A DNA stretch of 50,972 bases from a virus (lineage: Duplodnaviria > Caudoviricetes), in IMG/VR virus record IMGVR_UViG_3300020598_000120, positions 1-50,972 of that record. One strand, written 5' to 3'. Shown piece after piece: positions 37,623 to 45,795 of this stretch (positions are counted from its first letter, which is position 1; each line of letters starts with the position of its first letter). The position numbers and the translations under genes are program-made. A model generated the notes under the pieces. That model was not told the DNA's origin. It ran no database searches and saw only the letters and a list, made by a program, of their open reading frames with translations.

Positions 37623-37979
37623 TCAGACGGTCTCCGGGCAGCTGAAGCCCCGCGCGGGCTCCGCGCCGAAACCAGTGTCCGCCTCATGCTTCCAGTTTGG
37701 TCGCCTGCGTCTGGGGGTTGCCCTGTGGATATCTCCACAACTCACCCCGTTTTGTACGTTGGACGAACAAGTCGGAGGAGTACGAGGAGACGTATGGAAC
37801 CCTCCGCTTGCGGCGGTAACGGCCCCCTTCGTCACCTCCTCGATCTTTCGCAGGCGCGCGAAGGACGGGGCACCTTCGCCGCGCAGCCAACGGCCGACCG
37901 TGACGTGCGACACCCCCACCATCGCGCCAAACGCCGTAAGCGTCAGATCGTTCTGGATGAGATAATGGCGAAGTTCCAT
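37623..37979 (-). CDS. Cro-like HTH regulator
   Basis: 'MELRHYL...LT.TAFG..VGVS..TV.RW..G...P....KIEEVT.GAVT'; divergent from the repressor. Confidence 0.8.
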   Translation of the reverse strand: MELRHYLIQNDLTLTAFGAMVGVSHVTVGRWLRGEGAPSFARLRKIEEVTKGAVTAASGGFHTSPRTPPTCSSNVQNGVSCGDIHRATPRRRRPNWKHEADTGFGAEPARGFSCPETV

Positions 37980-37988
37980 GAGATGGAA

Positions 37989-38005
37989 TGTACGGAATGT
38001 GTACA
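37989..38005. promoter_or_regulatory. Operator-like palindrome TGTAC-N7-GTACA between cro and cI
   Basis: TGTACGGAATGTGTACA; related copies at 37753, 38384 and 38417. Confidence 0.7.
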
Positions 38006-38072
38006 TGCCGTACAAGTGGCGTGTGCGGAACTTACGCCTGCCGCATCCAAGCTGGGTCGGCGATCCTCGCGC

Positions 38073-38381
38073 ATGCACGACCATCTCAGAGCGTGGCGCG
38101 AAGCCTCCGGCTTGACACTCCAGCAAGTCGCGAACAAACTCGGAACAACGCACGCAACCGTAAGTCGCTGGGAGTCGGGGTTGCAGGCTATACATCCTCA
38201 GAAATTCAAGGCGTTAGCTGAGGTGTATGGAGCCACGCCCGCCGAATTGCTGGTGGCACCCAACGACCGAGAGATGGCCAAACGGTTTCACCGCGCGGCC
38301 GAGATCATCAGCAAGCTCAGCGACCAGGAGGTGGAGCAGTGGCTGGGAATCGGCCAGTCCCTCGCAGGGCGTGAAAAATAG
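38073..38381 (+). CDS. XRE-family HTH repressor (cI-like, no peptidase domain)
   Basis: 'LRAWRE..GLT.QQVA..LGTT.ATVSRWESG...LA.VYG.TPAELL'. Confidence 0.85.
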   Translation: MHDHLRAWREASGLTLQQVANKLGTTHATVSRWESGLQAIHPQKFKALAEVYGATPAELLVAPNDREMAKRFHRAAEIISKLSDQEVEQWLGIGQSLAGREK

Positions 38382-38383
38382 CC

Positions 38384-38437
38384 TGTACGCTTGCCGCACA
38401 TTTATATTGTCGTGTATGTACATCTAGCGTACATACA
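38384..38437. promoter_or_regulatory. Two operator-like palindromes upstream of the early operon
   Basis: TGTACGCTTGCCGCACA (38384-38400) and TGTATGTAC-N7-GTACATACA (38413-38437) around an AT-rich stretch. Confidence 0.7.
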
Positions 38438-38460
38438 GGGGCGTCCGAAGAGGATGCCCT

Positions 38461-38742
38461 ATGTCAGTTTCCCCGCAAGTTTCGAGCAGGCCGGGCGGAC
38501 CTCAGCCCGCCAGCCGCCCGCACGAAGTCATCAGCTCGACCAGCCGCTGTGTCATCGTCAGCAGCGGCGGCGAGGTTCTCGCCACGATCCACGCCGGCGG
38601 CACGATCACCGGCGACAAGCCCGCCGCTCTGGCCGCCGTCCGCGCCAGCAACACGCCACACTGGCGGCTGCAGACCAGCACCATCGCGGCGCTGCACTAC
38701 GCGATTGAGCTGGACCTGCTGCGCGCCGAGCTGGGGCGATGA
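38461..38742 (+). CDS. Hypothetical early protein
   Basis: GAGG RBS; first gene of a coupled operon. Confidence 0.6.
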   Translation: MSVSPQVSSRPGGPQPASRPHEVISSTSRCVIVSSGGEVLATIHAGGTITGDKPAALAAVRASNTPHWRLQTSTIAALHYAIELDLLRAELGR

Positions 38743-39209
38743 CGGCACTGCCTCTACCCTCGCCTGTCGCCCCCGTGGTCGGCACTCTACTGGCGACGCC
38801 CGGCCTCACCGGCCGGGAGATCCACCATGCGGCGCAGATTATCCGCGCCGTCGCGGCTGGCTGGAGCGATGGCCGCTTGGCGCGATCCTGGATCGCCGCG
38901 GGTGACTTCCTCGAGCGGATCGCCCTCGCTTTCGAGCCACAGCCCCCCTCACCTCCCATTGCGGAGCAGCGGCGGCGCAAGGGCGCGACGCTCATCCCGC
39001 AGCTGATCCGGCCCGCGGAGCCGGAGTTCGCCGTGCTGCGCAACATGCCCGCCCCCTATGCCCTAGCCCGCACGCTGGAGGGCGCCCGCGCGGCCGCGAT
39101 CGTCGCGGGCGAGCGCGATCCCGATTCCTTCCTCACCGTGCTGCAGGTGCTGGAGACGCATCACCTCGGCACCTGGTGGCCCGATCCCGACGTGGAGAAT
39201 CTCGCATGA
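38739..39209 (+). CDS. Hypothetical early protein
   Basis: ATGA overlaps. Confidence 0.6.
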   Translation: MTALPLPSPVAPVVGTLLATPGLTGREIHHAAQIIRAVAAGWSDGRLARSWIAAGDFLERIALAFEPQPPSPPIAEQRRRKGATLIPQLIRPAEPEFAVLRNMPAPYALARTLEGARAAAIVAGERDPDSFLTVLQVLETHHLGTWWPDPDVENLA

Positions 39210-39586
39210 CCGGCCAAGATCTCACGCAGAGCCTGGAGCAGGCTCTTGCCTCTGTGCCGCTCGGTGCCGTCGCCGTGACGCGCGCCCTCGATCCCGCCAA
39301 CGTTCTGGTGCGGCGGCTGCTGGCGCTTCCCGGCCCGCAGCACCATGAGCTGCGCCAGATTGGCGGGCGCATGGCGTCCTCTCTGCTCAGCCTGCAGGAT
39401 GCCCTCCGCTGCGAGGCCTGGGAGCTGGTGACGCATCGGCTGCGCTACCTGCAGGCCCAGGCCCTGGTGGTGCAGAACGTCGAGAGCAGCCTGCGGGAGG
39501 ACCCTGCCCCGGAGGCGCCGGAGCTCGGCGCGAACGTGCTGCGCTTCGGCCGCGCCCGTTCCTTCGCGCTGGCGACGCTGCACTGA
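39206..39586 (+). CDS. Hypothetical early protein
   Basis: ATGA overlap; GGAG RBS. Confidence 0.6.
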   Translation: MTGQDLTQSLEQALASVPLGAVAVTRALDPANVLVRRLLALPGPQHHELRQIGGRMASSLLSLQDALRCEAWELVTHRLRYLQAQALVVQNVESSLREDPAPEAPELGANVLRFGRARSFALATLH

Positions 39587-39702
39587 TGCGCGACGCACCG
39601 GAGGACAGCCGCGGCCTGGAGACGGTCGCGCTTTGCGTGGCGGCGGCGTTCGGCCTGGTCCTGATCGGCCTGGGCGTCGCCCGCTTCTGGGCGCTGCCAT
39701 GA
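39586..39702 (+). CDS. Small single-TM peptide (38 aa; not in ORF track)
   Basis: MRDAPEDSRGLETVALCVAAAFGLVLIGLGVARFWALP; TGATG and ATGA coupling. Confidence 0.6.
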   Translation: MRDAPEDSRGLETVALCVAAAFGLVLIGLGVARFWALP

Positions 39703-39974
39703 GCACCTGGTCGCCGGAGCGCCGCGAGGCGCAGGCCGCGCGCATGCGGGCACTCAATGCCGTGCGGCGCGGCCAGATGCCACCCCCGCCCCCGCCGCCC
39801 ACCAATCACCGCGACATCCTGGACGAGGCCCGCGAGCTGCTGGCCTCCGGGCTGTCCGTGGTGGAGGTGGCGCAGGCGCTCGACCTCCCGCGCAACGAGG
39901 TCAGCGACCTGAAATTCCGCCTGCAGGAGAACCAGCAGGCGGCCCGCAACGCCAGCCGGAGCCGCAGTCCATGA
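39699..39974 (+). CDS. HTH-containing hypothetical protein
   Basis: 'LLASGLSVVEVAQALDL.RNEV'. Confidence 0.6.
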   Translation: MSTWSPERREAQAARMRALNAVRRGQMPPPPPPPTNHRDILDEARELLASGLSVVEVAQALDLPRNEVSDLKFRLQENQQAARNASRSRSP

Positions 39975-40255
39975 GCGAGGTCATCCACGACATCCGACAG
40001 AACGACGTGGAGGATACAGAGCCCGGCGGCATCGCCGCCGATCGGCTGCGCTCGATCATCGAACGCGTCGAGCGCCTGGAGGAAGAGCGCAAAGATCTCG
40101 CCGAAGACATCAGGACGATCATGGCAGAGGCCAAGGGTGCCGGCTTCGACCCGAAGGTGGTCCGCCAGATCATCCGGATCCGCAGGCAGGAACCGGCCAA
40201 GGTGGAAGAGCAGGAAACGCTGCTGGACCTCTATCGCCACGCGCTGGGGATGTGA
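39971..40255 (+). CDS. GapR-like nucleoid-associated protein (DUF2312)
   Basis: 'AADRLRSIIERVERLEEERK...DI..I.AEAKG.GFD.K..RQIIRIR...E.E.LLDLY..ALGM'. Confidence 0.92.
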   Translation: MSEVIHDIRQNDVEDTEPGGIAADRLRSIIERVERLEEERKDLAEDIRTIMAEAKGAGFDPKVVRQIIRIRRQEPAKVEEQETLLDLYRHALGM

Positions 40256-40467
40256 CCGTGGCCAACATCAATCGCCTGGAGCGCCTCGCCCGCGAGGCGA
40301 AGAGCGCCTCCGCCGCCCTGGAGAAGGCCACCCGTCGGCCCGACCAGGCCGCCATTGCGGCGGCCTACCGGGAGGCAGAGGCAGCTGCGACGGTCTTCCT
40401 CGAGGAAGCTACGCCGGATGCATGGCTGGAGCTGATCGAAAAGCTGCGGGCGAAGAAGGGGATTTAG
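40252..40467 (+). CDS. Hypothetical protein
   Basis: GTGA overlap; 'ATP.AWLELIE.LR'. Confidence 0.6.
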   Translation: MTVANINRLERLAREAKSASAALEKATRRPDQAAIAAAYREAEAAATVFLEEATPDAWLELIEKLRAKKGI

Positions 40468-40468
40468 G

Positions 40469-40813
40469 ATGAACCGCGCGAGTGAAGTTCCGCAGCGCAT
40501 CCAGCGACGGCGAGCGAAGGGCTGGCGAATGCCGGAGGACGCCGTCTATGTCGGGCGCCCCAGCGCCTTCGGGAATCCCTTCCGAGCCTCCGATCCTGAT
40601 CTGGCTGCGCGCATGTTCCGTTGCTGGCTGACCGGCAGCGTGCGAAGCGCGCCTCTCCTGGAGTGCCGCCAGGTGATGTCGGGCCGGTTGGAGCCGGTGC
40701 GGCAGGAGATGCTCCGCGCCCTCCCAATGCTGCGCGGCCGTGACCTGGCGTGCTGGTGCCGCACCAATCGTCCCTGCCACGCCGATGTTCTGCTGGAGCT
40801 GGCCAATGGCTGA
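40469..40813 (+). CDS. DUF4326 family protein
   Basis: 'RIQRRR.KGWRMP..AVYVGRPS.FGNPF...LRGRDLACWC....CHADVLLELAN'. Confidence 0.9.
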   Translation: MNRASEVPQRIQRRRAKGWRMPEDAVYVGRPSAFGNPFRASDPDLAARMFRCWLTGSVRSAPLLECRQVMSGRLEPVRQEMLRALPMLRGRDLACWCRTNRPCHADVLLELANG

Positions 40814-40887
40814 CCGCTACCTCTCTGACGCCGTTCACGCCGCCGCCCTGATCGCGAGATTCGCGGAGATGGAGCTGGAGAGGCGCA

Positions 40888-41232
40888 ATGGGTGATCGCC
40901 TCCAGACCCGCGCAGAGGTCGCCGCCTACTTCCGCATCTCCTACCGTCACTTGCAGGAGATAGAGGTACTTCACGCCGTCCCGGTTCTGAGACTCGGCCG
41001 GGCCATTCGCTATGATCGAGCCGCCCTGGCCCACCTGGAGAACGCCCTTCGATGCCCCTCAAGCTTACCAAGCGCGCCGGCGCGGCCACTTGGCAGATTG
41101 TCGGCACAGTCGCCGGGCAGCGCGTCCGCCAGTCTGCGGGTACTGCTGACCGACGCCTCGCGGAGGAAGCCAGGGCGGCGCTCGAAGCACGCCTCTACCG
41201 TGGTGCCGTTTACGGCGAACGGACGGTCGTAA
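40888..41232 (+). CDS. Excisionase-like HTH protein overlapping the integrase 5' end
   Basis: 'T.AEVAAYFRIS.R.L......P..RLGR.IRY'. Confidence 0.65.
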   Translation: MGDRLQTRAEVAAYFRISYRHLQEIEVLHAVPVLRLGRAIRYDRAALAHLENALRCPSSLPSAPARPLGRLSAQSPGSASASLRVLLTDASRRKPGRRSKHASTVVPFTANGRS

Positions 41233-42251
41233 CCTGGTCCCAGGCCGCGCTCTCCTACAGTCAGGTTGAGCAGCCGAGCCCGACGACAGCACGCTACCTG
41301 CTCAGGCTAAGCGACCACCTCGGTGACACGCTGTTGAAGGACATTGATCAGGCGGCCCTGGACCGCGCCTGCGCAGCACTGGTCAGACCGGATGCGGCGC
41401 CAGCGACGCGCCTCCGGGCTGTCATCACCCCCCTGCAGGCAGTCTTGAACCATGCAGCTCGGCGGGGCTGGTGCGATCGGCCCATGTTCGAAAAACCCAA
41501 AGGAGCCGGGGGAGTGAAGCGGACGCGATGGCTAACGCCTGAAGAGTACACCGCTCTCCGCGAGGCGGCAGCACCGCATCTCCGGCCTCTGGTCATCTTC
41601 CTGGCCGGCACGGGGGCCCGCCTGAGCGAGGCTCTCGGCCTGCAATGGGCCGACGTGAACCTCCGGCTGGGCACGGCCCTGCTGCGAGACACAAAGAACG
41701 GTCGCGACCGCCAGGTTGAGCTCCTGCCCGCTGTCGTGGCCGCTATGGCGAGCATCACCTATCCCGTGCGCCAGGAGGATCGGACACTGGTGGAGGTCGC
41801 CGAGCGCACTGGCTCGGTATTCCGTACCAGCGCAGGGCGGCCCTACGCGGAGACAGGCGGCCTTTGGGGTGGACAGATCGCCACGGCCTGGGCAGGAGCC
41901 TGCCGGCGAGCCAGGCTGCCGGGGAGCTGGCGGGAGGGCAAGCCTCGCCGCATCCAGGAGCGCTTGGTAGTGAAGGGTAAGGTCGTGACCCGCATCAAGG
42001 AGGTCCGGGATCGCTGGTGGCAGCCGGACGATGTGTCGCCGCACACCCTGCGGCACACCTGGGCGACTTGGCACTACGCTGTGCACCGCGACCTGCTACG
42101 CCTGAAGCATGAGGGTGATTGGTCCAGTGTTGGCTTGGTGGAGCGGTACGCGAAGCTTGCACCCTCCGCTGCCGTACCGGCCATTCTAGTGAGTTGGGGC
42201 GCTGCTAGCGCCGATGCTGCCAACCTTGGTCAGCTGCGTAGTGCAATCTGA
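41052..42251 (+). CDS. int: Prophage tyrosine integrase
   Basis: 'TGARLSEAL.L.W', 'TKNG', 'HTLRHTWATW', 'G.WS....V.RY'. Confidence 0.93.
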   Translation: MPLKLTKRAGAATWQIVGTVAGQRVRQSAGTADRRLAEEARAALEARLYRGAVYGERTVVTWSQAALSYSQVEQPSPTTARYLLRLSDHLGDTLLKDIDQAALDRACAALVRPDAAPATRLRAVITPLQAVLNHAARRGWCDRPMFEKPKGAGGVKRTRWLTPEEYTALREAAAPHLRPLVIFLAGTGARLSEALGLQWADVNLRLGTALLRDTKNGRDRQVELLPAVVAAMASITYPVRQEDRTLVEVAERTGSVFRTSAGRPYAETGGLWGGQIATAWAGACRRARLPGSWREGKPRRIQERLVVKGKVVTRIKEVRDRWWQPDDVSPHTLRHTWATWHYAVHRDLLRLKHEGDWSSVGLVERYAKLAPSAAVPAILVSWGAASADAANLGQLRSAI

Positions 42252-42494
42252 GACTGAACAGGGCGCAGATCAGTGAGGAACTGCCGCTTGCGAAGGTCAG
42301 TCACTCCGCTTGCGTGAGATTAAGGCCGCAGCGCAAAACGGACCGCTGCATGTCACTGCCCTGCTCGTCCCTGAACAGTTGCTTCACTGCAAAAGAACAC
42401 AACCAACGGAACAACCAGGGGTTCTCTGCTCCTTGTCCCCGAACCAGCTCGGGAGCATCTTGGACGCCAAATCGACTCGTGGACACGGTCAGGA

Positions 42495-44114
42495 ATGAGG
42501 CTGCTGAACATGTTCCGCAAGGAACCCAAAAAGAGTGCCGTTGATCTTCTACAGCAGATCTCAAAACGAGCTGAGGATCTAACTCCTGAAGAACAAGCAA
42601 AAAGCTTTGTTGCCATTCGCCGAATCGATGGAGCTCTGAAGAGTCGAGATAGCCGAGTTATATTTGGCCGAAGAGGCACCGGAAAGACTCACATCCTCTC
42701 ATATATGTCCGCTGCGGCAAATGGCCGAGGCGATTTTGCGTGCTCGATCGACCTTCGAACTCTTGGTTCCAACAATTCAATATATTCAGATCTCTCTGTT
42801 CCGGCGAGCGTCCGCGCAACCACGCTCATTCGAGACCTCTTGTCTAATATACATTTTCGTGTTCTCGACTTCTACACGGATCCGAGGTCTCGCCTGAATG
42901 ATAAGGCACTTTATACGGCGATCGAGGGGCTGCAGTCGTGCGTCAAAACTGTAGTTGTGACTGAACAGCAGCAATCCCGGGGCAAGGTCTCGCGCGCTGA
43001 CGCCCTGAAGATGCAAGCAGGTGGAGAGGCGAAGCTTTCAGCAGTTACCCTTGAGGCGAGGACCTCGGGAAGCGCGGAGTTTACGTCCAGTGACGCAGGC
43101 GAATGGGAAACCACGATTTCAGGGAAGCCCCGCCTCTCCGTCAACATGGGAGATGCATACACTCAGCTCAATCGAGTGGCATCCTTGCTTCCTGGCAGGC
43201 TCTGGATTCTCCTTGATGAATGGAGTTCATTGCCGGAGACGCTCCAGCCGTACCTGGCGGACTTTATACGGCGCGCAATTTTGCCGGTTCAGAACGCCAG
43301 TGTGTGCATTGCAGCAATTGAGTATCGGTCAAAATTTCGTGCCGACGATGCGGATGATCGCCTTGGACTGGAATTAGGCTCTGACATTGCAGCCGACATC
43401 AACCTAGACGACTATTTTGTGTATGATGTTAGCCCAGATGCTGCCGTCCAGTTCTTTGGCGATTTACTTTATAAGCATCTTAGCGCTTTTGCTGACCCGG
43501 TTGGTTTATCCGAAGGGAGTGCAAAGGCAGTTATCGCCAATGTCTTCTCACAAGACCGGGTATTCGCAGAACTTGTGCGAGCTTCAGAAGGTGTCGCGCG
43601 AGACTTCATAAACATCCTACAGCTCGCGGCCATGCGGTCGGACGATAGCAAAATCACAATGAATGAGGTCCGCACTGCCGCGAAGGATTGGTTCGAGCGG
43701 GACAAGCAGCGCAATCTAGATTCGCGCAAAAATGCACAGGAACTTCTTCAGTGGATTCGGGATGAGGTGATAAGTGGAAAGAAGGCAAGAGCATTTCTGC
43801 TTAACGTATCTGTCTCACATCCTCTGATCGAATTCCTATTCGATGAGCGCATACTTCACATTGCCCGTCGCTCTTACTCTGCCAAAGATGATCCGGGAGT
43901 CCGTTATCGTGTTTGGAAGGTCGACTACGGATGCTATGTCGACCTAATTAACACTCTCAACAATCCAACGTCCTTCCTCTCTGAGGGCGTTGTATTTAGC
44001 GAGCAAGGCGATCTCATTGTTCCGGACGATGATTATCGCGCTGTGCGCCGGGCTATACTCGACATTGCGGCCTTCGATACTCATACGTCTTCTGCCAGGG
44101 ACCCAACATCGTAA
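42495..44114 (+). CDS. Stand-alone P-loop NTPase (ORC/Cdc6-like AAA+), lower-GC cargo
   Basis: Walker A 'GRRGTGKT', Walker B 'WILLDEW', 'SEGVARDFI' sensor-like motif; visibly AT-richer than flanks. Confidence 0.8.
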   Translation: MRLLNMFRKEPKKSAVDLLQQISKRAEDLTPEEQAKSFVAIRRIDGALKSRDSRVIFGRRGTGKTHILSYMSAAANGRGDFACSIDLRTLGSNNSIYSDLSVPASVRATTLIRDLLSNIHFRVLDFYTDPRSRLNDKALYTAIEGLQSCVKTVVVTEQQQSRGKVSRADALKMQAGGEAKLSAVTLEARTSGSAEFTSSDAGEWETTISGKPRLSVNMGDAYTQLNRVASLLPGRLWILLDEWSSLPETLQPYLADFIRRAILPVQNASVCIAAIEYRSKFRADDADDRLGLELGSDIAADINLDDYFVYDVSPDAAVQFFGDLLYKHLSAFADPVGLSEGSAKAVIANVFSQDRVFAELVRASEGVARDFINILQLAAMRSDDSKITMNEVRTAAKDWFERDKQRNLDSRKNAQELLQWIRDEVISGKKARAFLLNVSVSHPLIEFLFDERILHIARRSYSAKDDPGVRYRVWKVDYGCYVDLINTLNNPTSFLSEGVVFSEQGDLIVPDDDYRAVRRAILDIAAFDTHTSSARDPTS

Positions 44115-44249
44115 GCGGGGGAGCACCGCGCTTCCAATTTAGGTGTGGCCGCACATCCATCCTTTTCGCGAGGCACATCACTGACACACAGTATGCTTAG
44201 CCCCACAATAGACTAATGATTCTACGAAAGAATTTCGACAGATGCATGC

Positions 44250-44296
44250 CCTTGCCAAGGTTGGGGTCGAGGGTTCGAATCCCTTCGCCCGCTCCA
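44250..44296 (+). pseudogene. 3' half of tRNA-Gly(GCC), attachment-site remnant
   Basis: CCTTGCCAAGGTTGGGGTCGAGGGTTCGAATCCCTTCGCCCGCTCCA has the anticodon GCC, T-arm and CCA; the 5' acceptor strand and D-arm are absent. Confidence 0.9.
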
Positions 44297-44368
44297 TCCG
44301 ATTCCTTAGAAAAATCAGCAAGTTCTGACTTATCCTTGACGGCCCTGCCGGTCAGATCGATTCTGGCC

Positions 44369-44391
44369 CGTCGGGAATTTCGTCGGGAGTT
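44369..44391. repeat. Direct repeat CGTCGGGARTT x2, candidate integrase arm-type sites
   Basis: 12-bp period, between the att core and the integrase start. Confidence 0.5.
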
Positions 44392-44397
44392 GCCTCT

Positions 44398-45594
44398 GTG
44401 ACCGTCTATCGTCGGGAGACGAAGCAGGGCGTCCGCTTCGTTGTGGACTTCTTGGTTGGCGGGCATCGCGTGAACCACACCCTCCGGGGAGTGGCCAGTA
44501 TGCGCGAGGCAAAGGCGGCGGAAGCGCGCCTCAAGGAGGAGTACCGGGCACGCCTCAACTCCTCGGGGAGCATCGTCAAGATGACCCTGGAAACCGCCCT
44601 TCAACGGTATGTGGCCGAGCGCCTTAAGCCCAAGGTCCGCAATCCCTCCTCGCTGGCGACCTACCTCACATACCTTTGGATGATCCGTGACTTCTTCGGT
44701 CCAGGCCGAGACGTGCAGACCATCAACAACGCCGCCGTGGTGGATTGGTGGTCTGCACTGGTTGGAGGAAGCGGGAACAGCAGCCGCAAGCCAGTCAAGC
44801 CCAACACCGCAAAGCGGTATCTCGGGCAACTGAAGGCAGTCCTGGCGTTCGCCCAGGAGGCCGGGGCAGGCAACACCGTCCCCAGTTTCTCCCCGCAGGT
44901 GGCTGATGACAGCCGTGTGCGCTGGCTGACCGACAAGGAGGAAGATGACCTCCTGGGCGCCTCCCCTGGTTGGCTTCGCGACTTCATCGTCTTCAGTGTC
45001 GAGACGGGGGCACGCAAGCAGGAGGCCCTTGGCGTCCGCTGGCGCGACGTTGATCTTGAGATGCAGCCCCGCCCGGTGGTCCGCCTCTACCAGACCAAGG
45101 GCGGCAAACCCCGTGGCGTCCCCCTGTCGCTGCGTGCGCAGAAGCTCCTTCAGCGCCTCCGACGCTCCCGCCCCGACGCCAGTCCCGACGACAAGGTATT
45201 GCTGTGGCAGGAGCGATTAGGGCGCGCCCTGGTGCCCCTGGGAGACTTCAAAAAGACCTGGGCTGTGGTGGCGAAGAACGCCAAGGTCGAGGATGTGCGC
45301 CCCCACGACCTTCGCCACACCTTCGCCTCCCGGTTGGTGCTGCGCCGGGTGCCGCTCTATGACGTGAGCAAGTTACTCGGGCATTCCTCCCTCAAGATGA
45401 CGATGCGGTATGCCCACCTCGCTCCCGAAAGCCTGAACAACGCGATTGCCGCGCTGGACGAAGGCCACAAGCCTCGCTCATCGCGCGCACCCACTCGTTC
45501 CGGTTCGGCGCTGTTACGGCGCTCCCCACGGGGCGCGAAAGGAGACGCCGAGGAGGAGGTGGCACTTGAAGGGGCCGAAGGTCCGAGGGGGTGA
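44398..45594 (+). CDS. int: Tyrosine integrase of the second element
   Basis: 'ETGARKQE', 'TKGG', 'HDLRHTFASRL', 'LLGHSS.KMTMRYAHL'. Confidence 0.93.
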   Translation: MTVYRRETKQGVRFVVDFLVGGHRVNHTLRGVASMREAKAAEARLKEEYRARLNSSGSIVKMTLETALQRYVAERLKPKVRNPSSLATYLTYLWMIRDFFGPGRDVQTINNAAVVDWWSALVGGSGNSSRKPVKPNTAKRYLGQLKAVLAFAQEAGAGNTVPSFSPQVADDSRVRWLTDKEEDDLLGASPGWLRDFIVFSVETGARKQEALGVRWRDVDLEMQPRPVVRLYQTKGGKPRGVPLSLRAQKLLQRLRRSRPDASPDDKVLLWQERLGRALVPLGDFKKTWAVVAKNAKVEDVRPHDLRHTFASRLVLRRVPLYDVSKLLGHSSLKMTMRYAHLAPESLNNAIAALDEGHKPRSSRAPTRSGSALLRRSPRGAKGDAEEEVALEGAEGPRG

Positions 45595-45775
45595 CGATGG
45601 CTGTGGCAAGCCTCGCATCCACGTCCTCCGCCCGAAAGCGTGGGCTGCGCGTCCCTGCGGCATAGCTGCGCGGCAACTCAAGACGGTCGAGTTGCCGTGT
45701 GGAGATTCGGAGACGTGCCGCCGCCTCGGCTCGGGTGAGCCAAGGCGATTGCGCCGCTCCGCTAGGCTGAGACAT
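45392..45775 (-). CDS. Excisionase / AlpA-like HTH protein
   Basis: 'WLTRAEAAARLRISTRQLDR...RFRAEDVD'; 3' end overlaps the integrase convergently. Confidence 0.7.
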   Translation of the reverse strand: MSQPSGAAQSPWLTRAEAAARLRISTRQLDRLELPRSYAAGTRSPRFRAEDVDARLATAIVTPSDLRPLQVPPPPRRLLSRPVGSAVTAPNRNEWVRAMSEACGLRPARQSRCSGFRERGGHTASSS

Positions 45776-45795
45776 GCGTCAGCCGGGCGAACAGT

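Larger units (their letters stand above)
1..44296. mobile_element. Temperate prophage, HK97-type head with Mu-like contractile tail (SfV/P27-like); left boundary not visible in window
   Basis: Complete ordered packaging, head, tail, lysis, replication, immunity and integration modules. Right end placed at the tRNA-Gly 3' fragment. Whether the genes at 1-3300 belong to the prophage is uncertain. Confidence 0.9.

Noticed and set aside
38132-38146. GAAC-N7-GAAC, matching the alphaproteobacterial LexA box
   Set aside because: Single hit inside the repressor coding sequence; an 8-base match can occur by chance in 51 kb, so it is unsupported without binding data
44220-44296. Intact tRNA-Gly gene
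   Set aside because: The 5' acceptor strand and D-arm are missing upstream of the anticodon stem; only an att remnant is present
44197-44829. 210-aa minus-strand ORF
   Set aside because: Antisense to the integrase and runs through the tRNA fragment ('GAGEGIRTLDPNLGK' is the tRNA read backwards)
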